Shown in pieces: positions 14,764 to 26,544 of a stretch of 64,000 nt of DNA (positions are counted from its first letter, which is position 1; the number at the start of each line of letters is the position of its first letter). Source of the stretch: the human T2T-CHM13v2.0 reference genome, Homo sapiens. Under the pieces are notes generated by a model. That model saw only the letters and a program-made list of their open reading frames with translations. It searched no databases and was not told the origin of the DNA. The stretch lies in NCBI GenBank assembly GCA_009914755.4, contig CP086569.2, positions 10,080,001-10,144,000 of the forward strand, read 5' to 3'. The position numbers and the translations under genes are program-made.

Positions 14764-15784
14764 GAAATAAGAGGAGCACACCACATCAAAAAAGCAGGCA
14801 TCACCCTGTGTTTCATATCCCTATGGTCAACACAGGGAGAGGCACAAGCAGTCCTGTGGGCAGTGCACCTTGAATTTACCTAAAATTTGGTTCCCAGAGG
14901 AGCAGGTGTTTCACGTCATGAGGTGGCAGTCCTCCGTCATCTTGGAATTTTATCTGGGGACATAGAGTGTGATGAGTAGTAAGGTTAGATAGACATGAGG
15001 ATACAATCTGGTGTGAGGTGGAAGGGGTCTCTCAACTTCACCTGCAAATAATAATAATAATAAAAAACACTGATAATACAGAAGGTGCTTCCAACTCTAT
15101 CCCTGCATTCCCTGAATTGCAGAAGCAGTCCACATCATGGCTCGGCTTTCAGGTAGCAGTACTCCAACGCTCAAGTAACATTTGAAGTGCAAATTGGGGC
15201 CATCCTGGCAAACTTCCGATTTGAGACCTTTCATACTCAGAGCCAAATGGGAGTGGGATGGATTGATGCTGGGTGGGATGGTGTTTCCAGTCTTGCCTCT
15301 TCTTTTCAGGCCTTTCATGATTCTCATGGCCCTAGGGTTTCCTAGTTCTGGCTTAACGACTTCTACACTAAACATTTCCCAGTTCACAGATAATGACCCT
15401 CATGGAAATCCATTGCATAATTCCTTCTAAACACTGTCATGTTTTAATGACTGGGAAAATAAGATACTTTTAAATCCATATATCCCTGTCACATCAGCCA
15501 AAAGCAAACTTGTTATCTCTTTTCTATCGAAGGGCTGCATGAATCCTGTAGGATGAGAAGCAGGCAGTTGTGTTAGACTTTTACCTGGTAATCTAGACTC
15601 TGTTTCATTTCATCTGCATGGCCTTCTCAATTTTGAAGGGCAATTTCATTAAACTGTTGCTTGGTGGTACTGCCTCTCACCACAGATTATGTAGCTGCCA
15701 GGGATTCCAGAGAGCAAAAGGGACTTCCATTAGGCTGTCTGTGCTCCAGGTTGTGGGTCATTGTCTCAATGTGGGGGCTGAGGT

Positions 15785-17385
15785 TGTTTGCACTTTGCAG
15801 AAGGCTTTTGGGTCTTCTGAAAGGAATAATTGAACATTGCTTGGACTCCAGGACAAGGCATCTTGTTCTTTTGGGTGAGTGTTGATTTTTCTTTTCTTTC
15901 ACAAGGAATCCACAGTTCTCCTCAACAGAACTAATGGACACCATTTTCAGGCTTGCCATCTCTACAGATGGCATCTGAGAACCGTCTAAACATCATCTGC
16001 ACTTGTTACAGGACAATACGAGGTGTGAGAACACTGTTTCACCTTGGACTTTCCTTCATCTTGGTTCCTGCCTTTCCCAGAGAGCCTCTGTGAGGCCAAG
16101 GATAAAGGGAGACAGTGAGGTCAAGAGTCCGGCCATCCTTCACTGACATCTGCATCTATGGTCTCAGGTATGATTCTATCACCCTAAGAACCCTCAACTA
16201 CACACCATACTGTATTCCAATCCTCATGGTATCTGATTCTTGCACACAGCTTCTTTTGGGAATGAAGTCAGAAAAACAGTTTCCAGTGACCACCTCAGAG
16301 TCTCAAAACGTTTTCTCCGTCAGAGAGATCCAACCATGGAAACGGCCTGAAGTGGTCTTGGGGTTGAGACATTTAGTGTCCCACAGTGGGTTTTTGCGGG
16401 CCCCCTTTTTCTTGATAACAGGGTGGCTCTGCCTGTACTATTTCCAACTGATTAGGCAGGCTGACAGCTCTGACAGCCTGGCACCAGAACCTGCCTCAAG
16501 AATGTACATGCACTAGTCTCACAGCACCAGGCCTGATTGTGGGCCCTGGGTAGTACCAGAATGAATGTCATTGTTGCCTAGCGCCAAGTCCCTGCAGCTT
16601 GAAGGATAAGAAGACCTCCGTTGAGTTGCATAGGCTGTGGACTCACATCTATCTTCTCTTTGGGATAGATGGGATAGTTCCATGATCCCAAGAGAGGTCA
16701 GACATGAGCTTGCCTGAAGAAATGTCAGGCACAACCCCAGGAATAAATTGTGAAATTGTTAAGGATACAAAAAATCTGCAAGATTCCTCTGGCCTGCCTA
16801 AAGGTTGTAGATGTGAGTCTTTTTGAAACTTGCCCCGGTCTGATTTCCAGGTACAGCCTACCTGTGTTCCCAGGGGTGGCTCTCTCTTCAGTGGGGCTTC
16901 CTGCAGAACCAGGCAGCCTCAGGAGTTGCAGGTCTGTGTTTCTGTGAGAGTGTTGCAGGTGTTGGATGTCTGAGTGTGTGTGTGTGTGTGTGGCATTGTG
17001 TGTTTGTGTATGTGTATGTGTGTCCCTGTAAGTGGATTCTGCTTAAATGAATGTAGCTAATGCACTTCATTGCTTCTTTCTTTGAGTCACCAAACTTTTA
17101 GGTGGCCTGTCTGTGTGGCTGTGCTTGGGCTGCAGGGCTCCTTGTTTGTTAGTTTTTCTGTGGATCATGAATCCTCTGTAAATTGGGAGGTGGCCCAAGA
17201 CCTGCCATTGTTTAAATCACCTCCTTCTGCCAAAAAAAAAAAAGCCACTCTTCTAGAAAGAACAGGAGGACTCTACACCAAAAAAAAAACAGACATCTCT
17301 CAGTGTTTCATTGTCCTGTGGCCAAACCAGGGGGAGACACTAGCAGTCCTGTCTGTAAGTCCCCCTGAATTTCATCCCTGTGACT
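15785..17385. repeat. Macrosatellite unit 5a, 3'-truncated at a unit offset of about 1600
   Basis: The unit runs normally through the (GT)n, polyA and 'cctgaatttca' blocks. At 17385 it joins directly onto 'gtatgattctatgacc', which belongs at a unit offset of about 390. Confidence 0.7.
16974..17035. repeat. (GT)n microsatellite in unit 5a
   Basis: Direct read. Confidence 0.9.
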
Positions 17386-19173
17386 CACGTATGATTCTAT
17401 GACCCAAAGAACCCTCTACAAGACACCAGAATATACTCCAATCAACATGGAACCTGATACTTGCACACAGCCTCTTTTGGGACTGGAGTCACAAGAGCAG
17501 TTTCCAGCAACCACCTCACAGTCTCCAAATGCCTCCTTCTCCAGCAGGACCTGACCATGGAGAAGTGGAGAAGGCTGGAAGAGTCTCTGAGGTCTAGACT
17601 TTTAGTGTCCTGCAGTGGTTTTTCACAGACAGCCTGTTTTGTGATACTTGGCCAGCTCTGCCTGTACCATTTTCCTCTGTTTGGGAAGGCTGACAGCTCT
17701 GACAGCCAAGGGCCCTAGTCCACCTCATGAATGCACATGTGTTAGCCTCAGGGCACCTATCCTGATTGTGAGCTTTGGGTACCCTCACAATGAATCTCAC
17801 CATTGCCTAGCGACAAGTTCCTGCAGCTTGGTGGAGATAGAGACCTCTGTGAGGGTGCATCAGCTATGGATTCTCACCTGTCTTCTCTATGGGATCCACA
17901 GGATTGTCCCCTTGTCATGGAAAAGAGCAGACATGAGCCAGCTTGAAGAAATGTCAAGCAGAGCCCCAGGAATAAACTGCAAAATTCCTAAGCATCCAAG
18001 GTCTGCAGGATTCCTTAGGCCTGTCTAGACATTGTAGGTGTGAGACTTTTTGAAACTTGCCCTACTATGGTTTCTAGGTACAGCCCACCTGTGTCCCTAG
18101 GGTTGCTCTCTCCCTGGTGTGGCATCCTGCAGAACCATACAGGATCAGGAGCTGCTGGGCCATGTGTTTCTGTGGCAGCATTGTGAATTTTGGATATGTG
18201 CGTGTGTGTGAGGCATTGTGTGTTTATGTCCTTTTGTGTGCATGTGTGTGTGTGCCTTTAAGTGGAGTCTCCTTAAAGGAATGCAGCTAATGCACTTCAG
18301 TGCTTTTTTTTCTTCTGTCTCCCCATCTTTTGGTGGCCTGCCTATGTGGCTCTGCTTAGGCTTCAGGTCTCCATGTTCTTTATTTTTATGTGGATCATGA
18401 ATCTGCAGTGAATTGAGAGATGGACCTGGAATCGCTGGTGTCCAAATCAACTCCCTCTGCAAAAAGAAGCCACCGTTCTTCAGAGAAGTGGAGAACACCA
18501 CACCAAAAAACAGACATCTTCCAGTGTTTCACAGTTTTGTGGCCAACACAGGGTGGCCCAACACAAGCAGTCCTGTAAACATGGCCCCTCGAATTTACCT
18601 CAAATTCGGATCCCAGCCGAGCAGGTGCTTCATGTCATGAGGAGGCACTCCTCCATCATTTTGGGATTTCATCCTGGGACATAGAGTATGAGCAGGAATA
18701 GGGTCAGATGGGGTGGTGATACACTCTGGTGAGGCATGGATGGGGTCCCACAATTTCACCTGCAAAAAATAAAATAAAATAAATAACACAGATGTCACAG
18801 TTGGTGCTTCTAAATCCATCCCTGCATTCCCTTAATCGAACAAGCAGTCCACACCATGGCTCAGTGTTCAAGTGAGAGTACTCAAAACAAAAACAAAACA
18901 CTTGTTCTCTCACATCTATCAGAGGGATTCCTGTAGGATGAGAAGTAGACTGCCATGTCACGCTTTTACCTGGTAATCTATACTCTGTTTCGTTTCATCT
19001 GTACAGCCTTCTCATTTTGGAGAGGTTTTTTCATTGAACTGTTGCTGGATGAGACTTCCTCTTGCTACACATTATGTAGCTGCCAGTGATTTCAGAGAGC
19101 AAAAGGGACTATGGCCATGTAGGCTAACTGCACTTCATGTTATGAGTCGTTGTCTCGTTTCTGGGGCTTAGGT
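17386..19173. repeat. Macrosatellite unit 5b, 5'-truncated. It also has a ~280 bp internal deletion near 18870 that removes the 'ggccatcctggcaaac' block.
   Basis: At 18860-18900 the exon-C-like block 'agcagtccacaccatggctcagtgttcaagtgagag' is followed directly by the 'cttgttctctcacatctat' block. Confidence 0.7.
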
Positions 19174-21592
19174 TGTTTGCACTTTGCAGGAGGGTTTTGG
19201 TTCTTCTGAGAGGAATCATTAAACATTGCTTGGACTCCAACACAAGGCTACTCTTTCTCTCAGGCAGGCATTGATTTTTCTCTGCTTTCATGGGGAATAA
19301 ACAGTGCCCCTCAGCAGCAATGCAGGACACCATTTTCAGGCTTACCATCACCACACAGAGCCCCTGAGACCCGGTGTCAACCTCACCTTAGAGTTGACTT
19401 TGTCGTGGTTCCTGCCTTTCCCAGAGAGGCCCTGTGATGCCTAGGATTAAGGGAGACAGTGAGGTCAAGATCTCATCTGTCTTTCAATGACACTGACCTC
19501 TGGGGTCTCAGGTATGATTCTATCATTCAAAGAACAGTCAACAACACATCAGACTATATTCCAATCTCTTTGGGTTTCAATTCTTGCACAGAGCCTCTTT
19601 CAGGAATGGAATCAGAAGAGAAGTTTGCAGTGACCACCTCACAGTCTTGAAACACCTCCTCCTCCAATGGGACCTGACCACGGAGATGGCCCAAAGGGGT
19701 GTTGAGGTTGATACAGTCAAGGTCCTGCAGTGGGTTTTGGCAGGTAGCCTTTTTCCCGATACCAGGCTGGCTCTGCCTGTAGCGTTTTTCTCTGCTTAGG
19801 CAGGCTGACAGCTTTGACAGCCCAGTGCCTGAGCCTGCCACATGAATGTGCATGGGCTAGTCTCAGAGTAGCAGGAATCATTGTGAGATTTGGCTAGCAT
19901 CACAATGAATGTCACAGTTGCCTTGTGACAAGTACCTGTGTCTTGGCAGAGAGGGAGTCTTCCATGGAGGTGCATCAGGGAAGGACTTTTGCCTATCTTC
20001 TCTGGAATTCATGTGATACTCCCATGATGCTAGAAGAGAACAGAAGTGAGGCAGTCTGAAGAAGCACGAAGCCCAGCACCAAAAATAAACCATGGAATCC
20101 CTAAGGATACAAAACTATCTTCAGGATTTGTCAGGCCTGCCTATACATTGTGGGGTGTCTTTTTGAAAGCTGCCCCTTTGTGATTTCTAGGTATAGCCTG
20201 CCTATGTTCCCCAGGGTTGCTCTCTCACAGGTGTGGCTTTCTGAAAAACCATGCAACCTCAAGAGCTGCTGGGCTGTTTCTTTCTGTGGGAATGTTGCAA
20301 CTGTTAAATGTCTTTGTGTGTGTGTGACATGGTGTGTTTGTGTGTGTGTGTGCCTGTAAGTGGAGTGTGCTTAAAGAAATGAGGCTAATGCACTTGAGCC
20401 CTTCTTTTTTATGAGTCTCCCAGTTTTTCAGTGACTTGTCTGTGTGGCTCTGCTTGGACTGCGGGGCTCCATGCTTTTTTTTTTTTCTGTGGATTATGTA
20501 TCTGCAGTGAATTGGAAGGCTTGCAAGATGTGGTGGTGTCCATACTATCTCTGCCTGCAAAAAAAAAAAATTCACTCTTCCAGAAAGAAGAGGAGCACAC
20601 CACACCAAAAAACAGGCATCTCCCAATTTTTCATTGTGCTGAGGCCAAACTATGGATACTTGCAGTCCTGTCCAGAGGTGCCCTTGAATTGAACACCAGT
20701 TCGGTTCCCAGCTGAGCAGGTGTTTTATGTCATGAGAGTGCACTTCTCCATCGTCTTGGGATTTTATGCTGAAACATAAAGTGTGAGCAGCAATAATGTC
20801 AGATAAGGGTTAGCATAAAATCTTGTGAGGGGTGGACTTGTCCTGCAACTCCACCTGAAGATAAAATGAAGACAGATGCCACAGAAGGTGCTTCCAACTC
20901 CATACCTGCCTTCCCTGAATTGAACAAGCAGTCCACACTGTGGCTCAGCGTTCAGGTTGAAGTACTCTGATGTGCAAAAAAAATTTGCAGTGCAAATTGG
21001 GGCCATCCTGGTCTACTCCCTATTTGAGTTCTTTCATTCCTGTATCCAAAAGGGAGTGGAATTGATTGATGTTGGGTGGGCTGTGGCCTCCTCACTTGCC
21101 TCTTCTTTTTTGAATTCCGTGTTCCTCATTGGCCTAGGGTTTCCTGGGTCTGGCTTAATGACTTCCACACTAGATATTTCCCAGTTGACAAAGAACAACC
21201 CTCATGGGAATCCATTGAGTTAGTGTTTCCTTCTAAACAATGTCAGCTTTTAATGACTGGACAGTTTCATACTTTTAACACTGTAAATTCCCATTAATGT
21301 CTACCAACAGGAAAACTCTTGTTCTCCCACTTCTATAGGAGGGCTGCATGATTCCTATAGGATATGAATCAGGCAGCCGTGTCTGGCTTATGCCTGGTAA
21401 TCTAACTTATCTTCCATTTTATCTGCACAGCCTTCACATTGTAAAAGAGCTCTTTCATTGGGCTATTGCTGGATGATATGGCCTCTTGCCACAAATTATT
21501 AAGCTTCCAGGGATTTCAGAGAGCAAAAGGGACTTCAGGTAGGCTGACTGTGCTCCATGTTGTGGGTTGTTGTCTCACTGTTGGGCTCAGGT
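19174..21592. repeat. Macrosatellite unit 6 (2419 bp)
   Basis: All landmark blocks in canonical order. Confidence 0.8.
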
Positions 21593-24044
21593 TGTTTGCA
21601 CTTTGCAGTAGGCTTTTGAGTCCTCTGACAGGAATCACTGAACAGTGCAGAGACTCCAGCACAGGGCACCTCATTCTTTAAGGCAAGCCTTGATTTTTCT
21701 TTGCTTTCGAGGGGAATCCACAGTGCCCCTCAATAGCACTACTGGACAGGTTTTTCAGGCTTGGCCTCACCACAGAAGGCATCTGAGACACTTTCTCACC
21801 CATATCTGCATGCATGAGAAGCCAGTCTGAGATGTGAGAACACTGCTTCGTTTTGGGTTTGCCTTTGTTCTGGCCCTGTGCAGAGATCCCCTGTAAGACC
21901 CAGGATGAAGGGAGGCAGTTAGATAAAGAGCCCAACCATCATTCACTGACACCCACCTCTGGGGTTTCAGGTATGTTTCTATCACTTAAAGAACCCTCAA
22001 CAACAAACCAGACTATATTGCAATGCCCCTGGGGCCTGATTCTTGCACATAGCCTATTTCAGAAATGGAGTCAGGAGAGCAGTTTCCAGGAACCACCTCA
22101 CATCACAGTCTTGAAACTCCTCCTTCTCTAGTGGGATCCCACATCAGAGAAGGCATGAAGGGGCTCTGAGGTCCAGACTTTTAGGGTACCACAGTGAGAT
22201 GTTGCATGCAGCCTTTTTCCCAATACAATGCTGGCTCTGCCTATATGATTTTTCTCTGTTTAGGCAGGTTGACAGCTTTGACAGCTGGGCACCTGGTCCT
22301 GGCTCATGAATGCACAGGCACTAGTCTCAGGCATTAGGCCTGATTGTGAGCTCTGGCTTGCATTACAATGAATGTCACCATTGCCTAGAGACACATCCCT
22401 GGGCCTTGGCAGAGAAGGAGACTTTGTGGAGGTGCTGCAGCCGTTGACTGTCATCTTTCTTCCCTGTGGGATTCACAGAATAGTCCCCTGATCCTAGTAG
22501 AGGGCAGAGGTTAACCAGCCTAAAGAAATGTCAAGCAAAGACCCATGAATAAACCTGAAAATCCCTAAAAATCCAAAGGAATCTTAGGTTTCCTCAGACC
22601 TGCCTACAGGTTGTAGTAGTGAGTCATTTTGAAACTTGCCCCACTGTGATTTCTCGGTACAGCCTGCCTGTGTTCTATGGGTTTGCTCTCTCCAAGGTGC
22701 AGCTTCCTGCAGAATCATGCAGCCACAGGTGCTGCCAGACTGTGTTTCTGTAGGAGTGTTGCTATTGTTGGATGTCTGTGTGTGTCTGTGACATGGTGTG
22801 TGTGTGTGTGCACATGTATGTAATAAAGTCTGCTTAAAGGAATGTGGCTAATGCACTTCAGTGCTTCTTTTTTTTGAGTGTCCCAACCTTTTGGTGGCCT
22901 GTCTGTGTGGCTCTTCTTGAGTTGCAGGGCTCGATGTTCTTTATGTTTCTGTGCATCATGATTCTGCAGTGAATTGGGAGGCAAGCTGATATTTGCTGGA
23001 GTCCAAATCACCGACCGTTGCAAAAAAAGCCACTCTTCTAGAAAAAAGAGGAGCACACCACACCAAAATTCAGACATCTCCAGTGTTTCATTGTCCTGCA
23101 ACCAACTACGGAAGAGATACTAGCAGTCCCTTTAGCATTACCCCTTGAATTTACCTCCCATTCTGTTCCCAGCTGAGCAGGTCCTTCATGTTGTGAGGGG
23201 GCTCTCTTTCATTGCCTTGGGATTTCATTCTGGGACATAAAGTGTGAGCAACAGTAAGGACAGATAGAGGTGAGGATATAATCTGGTGAAAGGTAGATGA
23301 GGTCCCAAAATTTCACCTGCAAAAAAAAAGTGAAAACAGCTGACACAGAATGTGTTTCCAACTCCATCCCCACATTCCCTAAATTGCACAAGCAGTCCAC
23401 ACTATTCCTGGGTGTTCATGTGGGAGTATTCCAATGTGCAAGGAACATTTGGAATGCAAATTGGGACCAGCCTGGCAAACTCCCAGTTTGAGTGTTTTCA
23501 TACCCAGAAACAAATGGGAGTGGAATGAATTGATGCTGGGTGGGATGTGGCCTCCACACTTAACTCTTGTTTTCCTGAATTACATGTTTCTCTTCGGGCC
23601 TAGGGTTTCCTGCATCTGGCTCAATGACTTCCACACTAAGCATTTCCCAGTTCATGGAGAACGACACTCATTGGAATCCACTACGTGAGTATTTTCTTCT
23701 AAACAGTGTCATGTTTTAATGACTGGGCAAAACCACAAATTCCTGTTACAGTCACCAGCAAGAATACTCTTGTTCTCTCACTTCTATCCGAGAACTGCAT
23801 GATTCCTGTAGGATGAGAAGCAGGTAGCTGTTTGTGGCTTGTGCCTGGTCATCTTGCCTATGTTTTATTTTATCTGCACAGCCTTTTTATTGTGGAGGGA
23901 CTCTTTTATTAGGCTGTTGTTGGATGAGACTGCCTCTCATCACAGATTATTGGGTTGCCAAATATTTCAGAGAGCAAAAGGGACTTTGGGTAGGCCAACT
24001 GTGCTCCAGGTTGTGGGTTGTTGTCTTGTTATGGGGGCTGATGT
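21593..24044. repeat. Macrosatellite unit 7 (2452 bp)
   Basis: All landmark blocks in canonical order. Confidence 0.8.
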
Positions 24045-26544
24045 TGTTTGCACTTTGCAGGAGGCTTTTGGGTCCTCTGACAGGAATCATCGAAGATTGC
24101 CTGATGCCAGCACAAGGCAGCTCATTGTCTCAGGTGAGGCTTGATTTATCTTTGCTCTCATGGGGAAGACACAGTACCCCTCAACAGCACTGTTGGACAC
24201 ACTTATCAGGCTTGCCATTGCCACAGATGGCCCCTGAGACAATGTTTCAACCTCATCTCCACACGCTAGTGTTCAGTCTGAGGTGGGAGAAGACTGCTCC
24301 ACCTTGGACTTGCCTTAGTCTTAGTTCCTGCCCTTCCCAAAGAGCCCCTGCAAGTCCCAGGGTGAAGGGAGGCAATGACATCAAAAGCCCAGGCATCGTT
24401 CACAGACAACAACCTCTGTGGTATCAGGTATGATTCTATCACCCAAGGAACCCTCAAAAACACACCTGACTGTATTCCAATACTTATGGGACCCGATTCT
24501 GGCACACAGCCTCTTTCAGGAATGGAGTCAGAAGAGCAGTTTCCAGTGACCACCACACATTCTCAAAATGTCTCCTCCTCCAGTGGTACTCATCCATGGA
24601 GATGGCTTTGGGAGCCCTTAAGTAGAGACATTTATGGTCCTGCAGTGTGTTTTCACAGGCAGCCTTTTTCCCAATAGCATGCCGGCTCTGCCTATACCAT
24701 TTTCCCCTCTTAAGGCAAGCTGACAGCTCTGACTGCCAGTCACTCAAGCCTGCCTCATGAATGTGCATGTGCTAGTCTCAGGGCAAAAGGCCTGATTATG
24801 AGCTCTGGCTAGCTTCACAATTAGTGTCACCATTGCCTAGTAACAAGTCCTTTCAGCTTGGTGAAGGACGAGACTTTTGTAGAGGTGTGTCAACCGTAGG
24901 CTCTTGCCTGTCTTTTCTGTGGGACCGCAGGATAGTCTATTGATCCCAGGAGAAGTCAGACGTGAGCTAGCCTGAAGAAACATCAAGCACAGCCTCAGAA
25001 ATAAACTGAGAAATTCCTAAGGATACAAAAGGGTCTGCAGGATTACTCAGGCTTGTGTAGGCATTGTAGAAGTGAGTCTTTTTGAAACTTGCCCAACTGT
25101 GATTTTCAATTACTCCTGCCTCTGTTCCCTGGGGTTGCAATCTCCAAAGTGGGGCTTTCTGCACAACCACACAGCCTCAGGAGCAGCTGGGGTGTGTGTT
25201 TCTGTGGGAGTGTTGTGAGTATTGAATGTCTGCATGTGTGTGGCATTGTGTGTTTGTGTGTGTATGCATATGAACCTGTAAGTGAAGTCTGCTTAAAGGG
25301 ATTTGGCTAACGCATTTTAGCCCTTCTTTTTTTTTGGAGTCAGCCAACTTTTGGTGGTTTCTCTGTGTGGTTCTGCTTGGGCTGCAGGGCTCAGTGTTTT
25401 TTATTCTTATGTGGATTATCAATCTGCAGTGAATTGGGAGCCAGGCTGAGACCCAACAATGTCCAAATCAACTCCCCCAGCAAATAAATAAATAAATAAA
25501 TAAATAAGCCACTCTTCGAGAAAGAAAAGGAGTATACCACATGAAAAAACAGATATCTCCCAGTGTTTCATTGTCCAGTTGCCAGCCCAGGAAGAGACAC
25601 TAACAGTCCTGTCCACATCGCCCCTTGAATTTACCACGAATTCAGCTCCCAGCCTAGCAGGTGCTTCATGTCACGATAAGGTGCTCCTTCATAGTCTTGG
25701 GATTTCATCCTCGTACATAAGAGTGTGAGCAGCAATAAGTTATATAAGGGTGAGGCTACAATTTGGTGAGGAGTGGTTGGAGACCCACAACTTCACCTGC
25801 AAAAAAATAAAGGCAGATGACACATAAGGTGCTTTCCACTCCATCCCCACATTCCCTTAATTACACAAGCAGTCCACACTGTGGCCTGGTGTACAGGTTG
25901 GGAGACTGCAATGTGCAAGGATCATTTGGTGTGTAAATTGGTGTTATTCTGGCAAAATCCTGATTTGGGGGCTTTCATACCCAAAGCCAAATGGGAGCAA
26001 AATGGATTGATGCTGTGGGGATGTTGCCTCCACACTTGCCTCTTCTTTTCTGGACTTCCATTTTTCTCCTTGGCCTAGGTTTTAATGGGTCTGGTTCAAC
26101 AGTTTTCACACGAAACGTTTCACATTTCACAAAGAATAACCCTCATCAGAATCCGTTGCATGGATATTTACTTCTAAACACTGTCACGTTTTAATGACTA
26201 GGCAGCTTTGATAGTTTTAAAGCCATAAATTCCCATTAGAGCCTCCAACAAGGAAACTCTTGTTATCCCATGTCTATCAGATAGACGTGGATCCTCCTCC
26301 TGTAGGATGAGAAGCAGACAGCCATGTCTGGCTTTTCCTGGTAATCTAGCCTCAGTTTTATTTCATCTACATGGTTTTCTCATTTTGGAAGGGCTCTTTC
26401 ATTGGGCTGCTGCTAGATGGGACTGCCTCTCACCACAGATTATGTAGCTGACAGGATTTCAGAGAGCCCAGAGAGCCAAGGGACCTCAGGAAAGCTGGCT
26501 GAGCTCCAGGTGGTGGGTCATTGTCTCGTTTTGGGGCCTGAGGT
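24045..26544. repeat. Macrosatellite unit 8 (2500 bp). It contains a (TAAA)n tract at about 25485-25512.
   Basis: All landmark blocks in canonical order. Confidence 0.8.
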
